The position numbers and the translations under genes are program-made. Below, piece by piece: positions 8,761 to 15,217 of a stretch of DNA of 37,723 nucleotides (its first letter is position 1; every line of letters begins with the position of its first letter). The notes under the pieces were generated by a model that saw only the letters and a list, made by a program, of their open reading frames with translations, was not told the DNA's origin and searched no databases. The stretch comes from a virus. Lineage: Duplodnaviria; Caudoviricetes. The DNA lies in the IMG/VR virus record IMGVR_UViG_3300006188_000297, positions 1-37,723 of that record; one strand, written 5' to 3'.

Positions 8761-9316
8761 GAGGCTGAAAGAAGCCCGCAAGCATCTCAAGCTGAATCAG
8801 GGGGCTTTTGGCGCCCTTGCAGGCGTATCTGCTGAGACGCAGCTCAACTATGAAAAGGGCTCGCGCAAGCCCGATTCGTCGTACCTGGAGGCAGTGGCCG
8901 CACACGGGGTTGATGTCGCCTATCTGCTAACTGGTCTACGTTCGTTGGACCCTTGCGCTGCCCCGCACCCAAACCCAGGACAAACGCTTGCCGAGCGGCT
9001 GCAACAGGAGCGCAAGCGGCTGGAGTTGACCGTGGGCCAGCTGGCCGAGAAATCAGGCGTGGACCGCCTGGCGCTGCTGAAATTTGAAGAGGGCGAGTTC
9101 GCACCCGACGCCAAGGCGCTGCAGCAGCTGCACGCCGTGGGCGTGGATGTGGGCTATGTGCTGCTGTCGCTGCGCGCAGGCGCGGCCGGTGGCAATGCCG
9201 GCGCGGCTGGCTCAGTCAGTTCTGAGTTACAGCAGCTGCTGCAGCACTACGAAAAGGCGCCCGTTGAGGCGCAGGCTGCACTGCGCACGCTGGCGGCCAT
9301 GGTGGCGCGCGGGTAA
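8744..9316 (+). CDS. Immunity repressor with two tandem XRE/Cro-C1 HTH domains, 190 aa
   Basis: ERLKEARKHLKLNQ...NYEKGSRKPD...GVDVAYLLTG and ERLQQERKRLELTV...KFEEGEFAPD...GVDVGYVL; no S24 peptidase domain. Confidence 0.88.
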   Translation: MSNFCERLKEARKHLKLNQGAFGALAGVSAETQLNYEKGSRKPDSSYLEAVAAHGVDVAYLLTGLRSLDPCAAPHPNPGQTLAERLQQERKRLELTVGQLAEKSGVDRLALLKFEEGEFAPDAKALQQLHAVGVDVGYVLLSLRAGAAGGNAGAAGSVSSELQQLLQHYEKAPVEAQAALRTLAAMVARG

Positions 9317-9377
9317 CCGGCGCGCCGCCTTCGCCAGCGGCTGACGGCCGCGACGAATTTGCCGAGAGGGGGAGCAC

Positions 9378-10343
9378 ATGGGAGATGGACTGTTTGCATT
9401 CTTGATGCTGGGCGGCCTGCTGCTTGGCGGCGCCTGGTCCTATTGGGTGGTGGCCAGGGCTCTGCGCACCAACCGTTGGGCCGCGCGGATTCTGGCTGCT
9501 CTGCTGAGCTTGGGCGGCATGCTGGGCGGCTTTCTTTTGGCAGGTGGACTCACACCCACGCCCCAGGGAAGCATGGTGATGGCGGTGGCGGGCCTCCTGG
9601 TGCTTTCGCCCTATGCCTATGTTGCGTGGCGTACGCGACGGCGCAACCAGGCCGAAGCAAAGGTCAGTGCCGCGCACACCTCTGCGCCCGACTTCAGCGC
9701 GCCGCCCTCGGCCACGGCTGATAGTCCCGCACCCACGCCTGCCGTGGCGCCCATCGTTCCCGAGCTGTTCCACCTTGTCGCATCGCCTGCCGGTGCCACG
9801 CAGCCCGGAGCCGCAGCCCGCAGCACATCCAACCCGCTGCCCCATCGCTACCGTTTCACCTACCAAGGTTTTTCAGGCGAAGAAGGGCAGCGCACGGTGC
9901 TGGTGCAAAGCATTGGCGAGAACGGCGCCAACACCTACCTTGAAGGCCGCTGCGAGCAGGCCCGGGCGCCGCGCACGTTTCGCACAGACCGCATCAGCGG
10001 CCAGCTGGTGGACATGGACACGGGCGAGCTGCTGCAGGTGCACGAGCTGCTGGCCCTGGTGCCGGAACGCAGCTATGTGGACGTGAGCCCGCCGACTTCC
10101 AGCCGGCCCAAGGTGCAGGAATGGCGCAATGCCGTGTTGTTCACGGGCTTCCCGCAGAAGCGGCGCGATGAGCTGGAAGAGATGGCCGAGGCGGCCGGCT
10201 GGCTGGTGCGCGGCAGTGTCGGGCCTACGCTCGATTACATGGTGACAGGGCCAAAGGCCGGCACGTCAAAACTGGCACAGGCGCAGGAGCACGGCACGAT
10301 TGTGGTGGGCGAGGATGACTTCCTCGCCATGCTGCACAGCTGA
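9378..10343 (+). CDS. Membrane protein: ~3 TM helices + WYL-like domain + C-terminal BRCT domain
   Basis: Hydrophobic N-terminus; YRFTYQGFSGEEGQRTV...YLEGRCEQARAPRTFRTDRI; VLFTGF...GWLVRGSV...LDYMVTGPKAGTSKLAQAQEHG; GGGAG SD. Confidence 0.8.
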   Translation: MGDGLFAFLMLGGLLLGGAWSYWVVARALRTNRWAARILAALLSLGGMLGGFLLAGGLTPTPQGSMVMAVAGLLVLSPYAYVAWRTRRRNQAEAKVSAAHTSAPDFSAPPSATADSPAPTPAVAPIVPELFHLVASPAGATQPGAAARSTSNPLPHRYRFTYQGFSGEEGQRTVLVQSIGENGANTYLEGRCEQARAPRTFRTDRISGQLVDMDTGELLQVHELLALVPERSYVDVSPPTSSRPKVQEWRNAVLFTGFPQKRRDELEEMAEAAGWLVRGSVGPTLDYMVTGPKAGTSKLAQAQEHGTIVVGEDDFLAMLHS

Positions 10344-10350
10344 TCAACCC

Positions 10351-10375
10351 AAGCCCGCTGCACGCGGGCTTTTTT
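10351..10375 (+). terminator. Rho-independent terminator ending repressor/WYL-BRCT transcript
   Basis: AAGCCCGC-TGCAC-GCGGGCTT followed by T run. Confidence 0.85.
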
Positions 10376-10445
10376 GTGCGCCGTCGCATGCGGGCCACGA
10401 TGCCCCTGCGATAGAGATTTTCAAAAACGGTAGTGAGTGCTGACA

Positions 10446-10461
10446 CTGTATATTTGTACAG
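10446..10461. promoter_or_regulatory. LexA (SOS) box
   Basis: CTGTATATTTGTACAG matches CTGT-N8-ACAG in an AT-rich intergenic patch, overlapping the next start codon. Confidence 0.85.
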
Positions 10462-10910
10462 TGAACTGCGAAATTACTTTCCTCCGCCGCAACGGGGTGC
10501 GCCTGCACCCCCGTGACTGGCCCGCGCCCGTGGCTGGCGACTTGCGCATGGAGTATTCGGACGGCCGCAAGAACAACATGCGCCGCACGCTGCGCGAGTT
10601 CCATCTGTACGAGCGCTGGATATCGCTAGAGCATTCGCGCCACCGGCTGGCGGACCCCATCCCCGTGGACATCCTGGGCGATGCGATGCTATGGCGCGGC
10701 TACACCACGGCCATGACGCCGGAGGGGCTGGCCGAGTTCGAGCAGTTGTGGCTGATCCGCCCCAGGCCCACGCTGGACGACACGCCGCTGCCAGCATTCG
10801 ATTGGGCGGCGCATGTGGAGCAGTTGCCGCAAGCCATTGCGCCCACGCCCGAGCGGGCGGAAACCGTGGCAGAGCAGTGGCATAGGGAGCACGTCCGTGT
10901 ATCCAGATGA
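10461..10910 (+). CDS. Putative SOS-inducible hypothetical protein, 149 aa
   Basis: GTG start at the end of the SOS box (MNCEITFLRRNG...EQLWLIRP); alternative GTG at 10437. Confidence 0.7.
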   Translation: MNCEITFLRRNGVRLHPRDWPAPVAGDLRMEYSDGRKNNMRRTLREFHLYERWISLEHSRHRLADPIPVDILGDAMLWRGYTTAMTPEGLAEFEQLWLIRPRPTLDDTPLPAFDWAAHVEQLPQAIAPTPERAETVAEQWHREHVRVSR

Positions 10911-11118
10911 TGACCCGTTGAATGTGCTGCACCCCACCCTGGTGCGCCCCCCGCTTTGGGCCAGGATGTGGGCCGAAAAAGTGCTGCCCCTGCGCCCCGA
11001 GGACTACCGCGTGGTGCACATCGGCGCGCACTGGACGCGGGTGTTTGCGCCCGACGGTGAAGTGGTCTACGACACCGTGGGCCCGGCCGAGGTGATCCGC
11101 TCACCTGCGCCGTTCTGA
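10897..11118 (+). CDS. Hypothetical protein, 73 aa, second gene of SOS operon
   Basis: AGGGAG SD at ~10884, GTG start overlapping the upstream gene end. Confidence 0.6.
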   Translation: MYPDDDPLNVLHPTLVRPPLWARMWAEKVLPLRPEDYRVVHIGAHWTRVFAPDGEVVYDTVGPAEVIRSPAPF

Positions 11119-11124
11119 CACCGC

Positions 11125-11370
11125 CTAGCGTTGGCGCAGGGGTGTGCCAGGTGCCAGGTAGTCGCGCTCACCGGGCCTTGACCCGTAGCGGTAGGCATTG
11201 AGCTGGCGATTGTCCAGCGTCATCAGCAGCAGGTGTGCCGCATCAAATTCCTGCTCTTGCAAGGCACCGAATGCTGCTGCCGCAGCAGCAAAAACAGGGG
11301 TTTGGGTGCGCGTGGCGGGCAGCACTTCGCTGCCCCCGGCGCGCTGCTTGATCACGTAGACGCGGTACAT
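11125..11370 (-). CDS. Hypothetical protein, 81 aa
   Basis: Starts 9 nt after the second recombinase stop; plausible globular composition. Confidence 0.65.
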   Translation of the reverse strand: MYRVYVIKQRAGGSEVLPATRTQTPVFAAAAAAFGALQEQEFDAAHLLLMTLDNRQLNAYRYGSRPGERDYLAPGTPLRQR

Positions 11371-11379
11371 GCATGGAGT

Positions 11380-12255
11380 TTATCCGGCCCACCTGCCCAG
11401 CACTTCGGCGGCGGGGGCCAGCTGGGCAGGCTTGAGGTGGCCGTACACGTCCGCCGTGATGGCCACGGATGCATGGCCAAGCATTTTGGAAACCATGGTC
11501 AGCTCCACCCCCTCGGCAAGCATGTGCGTGGCCACGCTGTGCCGGATGACATGCGGCGTGACTCCCTGCACGCCCGCCTGCAGGGCGGCGGTCTTGAGCT
11601 GCTGGCGAGCAGATGACACGGACAACCCGACCACGCGGGCGCCCGGCACTGGACGCCGGCCGCGTCCTCGGTGCACCTCTGGCGCGTCACGATAGGCGGC
11701 CAAGTAAGCGGCCAGCTCGCTGGTGATGGGGACTACAGCGCGGCGCTTCATGCGCTGCGCCAAGGGGTGACGGGAGCGCAGATCAATGACGCGCTCGTGC
11801 AGGTCCACGGCCGCCCACGTCAGTTCGCACACAGCAGATACGCGCCCGCAGGTGGCGATGAGCAACCGAAGGAACGCATGCAGGCGGGGCCTGGGGGCGG
11901 TTGCCGCAAGCAGGGCACGGACCTCATCCCGGGATAGAACGCGCTCACGGCGGTTGCTGTGCGCCGGCATGGGCAGCGGGGGAACACGATCAATCAGGCC
12001 ATCGCGCCAGGCCATTCGCAACGCTGCGCGAAGGGACACCAGCTCACGGCGAACGGTTGGCGATTTCAGGCCTGTGGCCTGGCGCATTTGAGCGTACTCC
12101 AGCACGGCGCTGCGGGTGATCTCTGCCACCGTGAGCTGCCCGAAGAATGGCAGCAGGTGCGCCACGGTGTCACGGATGCGCTGGGGCTGCACCACCACCG
12201 CCGCGCGGTCCCGCTCGTACACCTGCAGCAGATGGGCAATGCGGGGCGCGCTCAT
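11380..12255 (-). CDS. Second tyrosine recombinase (core-binding + catalytic domains only), 291 aa
   Basis: ATCGR, MKRRAVVPI, TPHVIRHS, MLGHAS, VYGH; ATGA-coupled to upstream gene. Confidence 0.92.
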   Translation of the reverse strand: MSAPRIAHLLQVYERDRAAVVVQPQRIRDTVAHLLPFFGQLTVAEITRSAVLEYAQMRQATGLKSPTVRRELVSLRAALRMAWRDGLIDRVPPLPMPAHSNRRERVLSRDEVRALLAATAPRPRLHAFLRLLIATCGRVSAVCELTWAAVDLHERVIDLRSRHPLAQRMKRRAVVPITSELAAYLAAYRDAPEVHRGRGRRPVPGARVVGLSVSSARQQLKTAALQAGVQGVTPHVIRHSVATHMLAEGVELTMVSKMLGHASVAITADVYGHLKPAQLAPAAEVLGRWAG

Positions 12256-12572
12256 GAAAAGAATTCCTCGATTTCAAGCAGCGGCGATGCGCCGGCCGCC
12301 ATCATCATGACCCTGCCGATAGGCGTGTCCCAGGCGAACAGCTGGGAATTGAGTTGCCGGGCGGGCCGGCCGTTGAGAAAGCAGCTCAGCGAGTATTGCG
12401 TGCCCATGCCGTGGCCATTGCTGGGCGTCAGCCGCATTTCAAAAGTGTCGTGCTTGTCGCTGTAGAAAAGGTGCGGCCAGCCTTGACCCCCTTGTGCTTC
12501 GCGGGCCTGCGTGAAGATGTGGGCCAGGGGGCGCACCAGGTCGGCGCGCGTGAGAGTGGTGCATGTGGACAT
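12252..12572 (-). CDS. Hypothetical protein, 106 aa (MSTCTTLTRAD...)
   Basis: TAGGAG SD; coupled to recombinase. Confidence 0.7.
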   Translation of the reverse strand: MSTCTTLTRADLVRPLAHIFTQAREAQGGQGWPHLFYSDKHDTFEMRLTPSNGHGMGTQYSLSCFLNGRPARQLNSQLFAWDTPIGRVMMMAAGASPLLEIEEFFS

Positions 12573-12652
12573 GCGATTGCTCCTATCAAGCATCCGGGAA
12601 CCCGCCCGGCCGGTTGGTGCCCGGCGCCATGCCGGGCTGATGCGTTGCAACG

Positions 12653-13042
12653 CTATCGGTAGGGGTTGAAGCCCTCGCCGCCTTCGTTGTGCCGTTGGTC
12701 GAATTCGCGCGCCTTGTGCATCCGGTCCGCAAATTCGGCCTCGCTTTCCCGAGGCAGCGCTGCAATCTCGGCAAGCTCCCTGGCCTGGTCCGCAGCCTGG
12801 GCTGCAGCCTCTATTTCCCTCAGTGCAGCCCAGAACGCATGCACATCGGCCTCAACCTCGGCCGGCAATGCTTCGCCGCCAAAGCCCTGCCTTGCGAAAT
12901 AGGCCATTTGATAGATGTCGCGTTGAGCCACGGTGTCGTGCAGGTAGCCGTCTGCGCCGGTAAACCAGGTATAGCGCCCGTTTTCTGACTGCACCCTGTA
13001 GGGCAGTCCCCGGTGATCTTTCTCAGTAACGATGAGCTGCAT
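12653..13042 (-). CDS. Hypothetical acidic protein, 129 aa, ending NEGGEGFNPYR
   Basis: GGGAG SD in the 22-nt gap after the brnA stop. Confidence 0.75.
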   Translation of the reverse strand: MQLIVTEKDHRGLPYRVQSENGRYTWFTGADGYLHDTVAQRDIYQMAYFARQGFGGEALPAEVEADVHAFWAALREIEAAAQAADQARELAEIAALPRESEAEFADRMHKAREFDQRHNEGGEGFNPYR

Positions 13043-13064
13043 TTGATTCTCCCGTTGATTGTGC

Positions 13065-13355
13065 TCAGGCCAATTTGCCGCGTCGCACGGCTTCGCGCAG
13101 CACATCATTGACGCGCGACTGCCAGCCCGACCCGGTGGCCTTGATTGCCATCAGAACGTCTGCATCCACACGCATGGTCATGGACAGCTTGGGCTGCTCC
13201 AGCGGGGGGCGGCCGCGCCGGGCCAGCGGTTGCATTTCGGCGAGCATGTCGCCCGTGATTTCCATGGTGTCCGGGTCTTGTTCGATGCCCCGGGCAATGG
13301 CGGCATCTTCGGCCGCCGTGGGCTGGATCAGCCCCACTTTCTTAGATTGCTTCAT
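13065..13355 (-). CDS. brnA: BrnA-family antitoxin, 96 aa
   Basis: EDAAI...DPD, RGRPP...K.SMTMRVDADVL...GSGWQSRVNDVLR signature. Confidence 0.9.
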   Translation of the reverse strand: MKQSKKVGLIQPTAAEDAAIARGIEQDPDTMEITGDMLAEMQPLARRGRPPLEQPKLSMTMRVDADVLMAIKATGSGWQSRVNDVLREAVRRGKLA

Positions 13356-13608
13356 AAGCCTTGACCTCTCTGGAGTTTGCCTTGCGGAGACTGACGATTC
13401 GCATGGTCTGCCCGCGCTGCACGAACACCACAACGTACAGCCGTTGGCCGATGACGGTGAAGCCGATTTCACGTACTTCGCCGTAGTCCCGGCGCGCATC
13501 CGGCATGCACAGGACATTACTCCATTCGATGTGGCCCGCCATCTCCAGCGAAACGCCGTGCTTGTCGATGTTGGCCTGGTTCTTGGCGGGGTCGAATTCG
13601 ATGTCCAT
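13342..13608 (-). CDS. brnT: BrnT-family ribonuclease toxin, 88 aa
   Basis: IEFDPAKNQANIDKHGVSL...DYGEVR...RIVSLRKANSRE signature. Confidence 0.92.
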   Translation of the reverse strand: MDIEFDPAKNQANIDKHGVSLEMAGHIEWSNVLCMPDARRDYGEVREIGFTVIGQRLYVVVFVQRGQTMRIVSLRKANSREVKAYEAI

Positions 13609-13615
13609 GGGAATT

Positions 13616-13660
13616 ATTGTACATACGATATTTCCCGGGTCAAGGCTTTTTTGTATGTAC
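13616..13660 (-). promoter_or_regulatory. brnTA promoter with inverted-repeat operator
   Basis: Minus strand TTGACC (13643-13638), 16 bp, TACAAT (13621-13616), 7 nt before ATG; GTACATAC 13619-13626 / GTATGTAC 13653-13660 inverted pair. Confidence 0.7.
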
Positions 13661-13661
13661 G

Positions 13662-14741
13662 TTAATTACCGTCGTCCGGTATTTCCGTCGCCGCATCATC
13701 CGCCTCATCCTGGGCCTGCGCGTCGCCATCGCCCTGGCGCTCCAGCTCGATCTGCGTGGTGAAGCCACCATCGCCCAGGGCGTGCTCCACGGATTTGACC
13801 AGCCAGCCCTCGCCGTCGATCTCGGGCTTGAAGCCCTCCACGGTCACGGCCGCCTGCGGCATGAGGTGGGGCCGGCCCAGGGCCAGGGCCAGGCTCAGGG
13901 TGGCGGCGCCACGGTCCACGCGCTGCATCTCCGATTGCGCGGCCTGGCGCGCGGCTTCGGCGCTTGAGAAGGTGTCTTTCAGGGTCTTCACGCTGCCCGT
14001 GGTGTTGCCGGCCACCACGCCCTTGCGGCGGGCGTGCTTGCCATCGTGCCAGTAGGCGCGCACCCCGGTGTAGCTGGTGCGGTCTGCGGTGTGCCATCGG
14101 TGTTGGTCGCCCGATTCGCGCGTGATGTGCATGGGGGCAATGGGCTGGCCGCTGGCGTTGGTCCTGCTGTTGGTTCGCAGAAAGATCAGCTGCCCCTTTT
14201 TGACGGTGGCCACGGCGTCGTGCTGGCGGGCCAGGCGGGACAGAAAATGCAGGTCCGATTCGTTGGTCTGGTCGATGTGCTGCACCTTGCGCGCGGACAG
14301 CTCGGGCGCAATGCGCGCCGGCAGGCTGTTGCGCGCGGCAATGTCCTGCACCACGGTGCCCACGGTGGAGTCGTTCCAGCTGTGGCTGGCACGCTCGCGC
14401 AGGCTCTTGGCCATGTCCGCGCTGCGGGCGCGCACGCTGATGCGGTCGGGGCTGCCGCCGTGCTCCACTTCGTCCACCACAAAGCTGCCCTTGTCCACCA
14501 GGCCCTCATGCAGCCAGCCCAGGCGGATGGAGATGGTGGCGCCCTTGGGCGGGATGGCCATGCGGCCGTCTGCGTCGTCCAGGGTCAGATCCAGCTGGTC
14601 CGCCTCTTCGCCGCGGCTTTCGCGCAGGCGCAATTCGATCAGGCGCTTGCCCACCTTGGGCGTGATGTTGGCGCCGTTGATGGTGAGTTCGTAATCGGGC
14701 TGCTGGTAGGCGCCCGTAGCCTGGTTCTCTGTGCCCGCCAT
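13662..14741 (-). CDS. D: P2 gpD-like tail hub / late control D protein
   Basis: EEADQLDLTLDD, HIDQTNESDLHFLSRLA, GFKPEID; position after U. Confidence 0.92.
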   Translation of the reverse strand: MAGTENQATGAYQQPDYELTINGANITPKVGKRLIELRLRESRGEEADQLDLTLDDADGRMAIPPKGATISIRLGWLHEGLVDKGSFVVDEVEHGGSPDRISVRARSADMAKSLRERASHSWNDSTVGTVVQDIAARNSLPARIAPELSARKVQHIDQTNESDLHFLSRLARQHDAVATVKKGQLIFLRTNSRTNASGQPIAPMHITRESGDQHRWHTADRTSYTGVRAYWHDGKHARRKGVVAGNTTGSVKTLKDTFSSAEAARQAAQSEMQRVDRGAATLSLALALGRPHLMPQAAVTVEGFKPEIDGEGWLVKSVEHALGDGGFTTQIELERQGDGDAQAQDEADDAATEIPDDGN

Positions 14742-15205
14742 CACATCCACCAATCCCAGAAGTCGCCATCGTCCCAATCACCGCCGCCCGTGCCGCCATC
14801 GGTGCCGCCGCTGGGGTCGGCCTGGGCATCGTCCACGCGGGCCAGCTCCACGGTGAAGTCGATGCGGCGGGGCAGGCCTTCCTTGATGAACACGCTGCCG
14901 TTTTCGCTCAGGCGCTGGATGACCCAGGCACCCAGGTTGTCCCCGGCCCCGTTGACCATGGCGTATGCGCTGCCGGCGTCGGCCATCTTGCGCAGTTCGT
15001 CCAGGGTCTTGCGGCCGCCACGGAATTCGGGAACGAACAGTCCGGTAAACGTGATGGTGTCATCGCCCTGGCCCACGTACTGGCGCGCCGGCCGGGCGCC
15101 CACACGGCTGTTGCTGGGGTGGCGCCAGTCGGTGGCGCGCTGCATTTCCTGATACGCCACGGTATCGAGGCCAAACACGAATTGGCCCAGGGTCATCATT
15201 GGCAT
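14741..15205 (-). CDS. U: P2 gpU-like tail protein
   Basis: MMTLGQFVF...WRHPSNSRVGARP...PRRIDFTVEL. Confidence 0.92.
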   Translation of the reverse strand: MPMMTLGQFVFGLDTVAYQEMQRATDWRHPSNSRVGARPARQYVGQGDDTITFTGLFVPEFRGGRKTLDELRKMADAGSAYAMVNGAGDNLGAWVIQRLSENGSVFIKEGLPRRIDFTVELARVDDAQADPSGGTDGGTGGGDWDDGDFWDWWM

Positions 15206-15217
15206 GGGCGGGCTCCT

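Noticed and set aside
9350-9365. GCGACGAATTTGCCGA resembling a switch operator upstream of the WYL-BRCT gene
   Set aside because: Spacing differs from the 14-bp consensus and half-sites are degenerate; insufficient support
10437-10460. Longer start for the SOS gene; similarly ORF-track starts at 8690, 3681, 34764, 34827, 28685, 27233 and 21524
   Set aside because: They run through operator/promoter sequence or upstream genes; downstream starts fit SD, coupling or promoter spacing better
12600-12660. CTGATG followed by a palindrome, suggestive of a hammerhead ribozyme; also considered integron attC
   Set aside because: No CUGAnGA/GAAA core and no RYYYAAC...GTTRRRY ends; kept only as an unassigned structure
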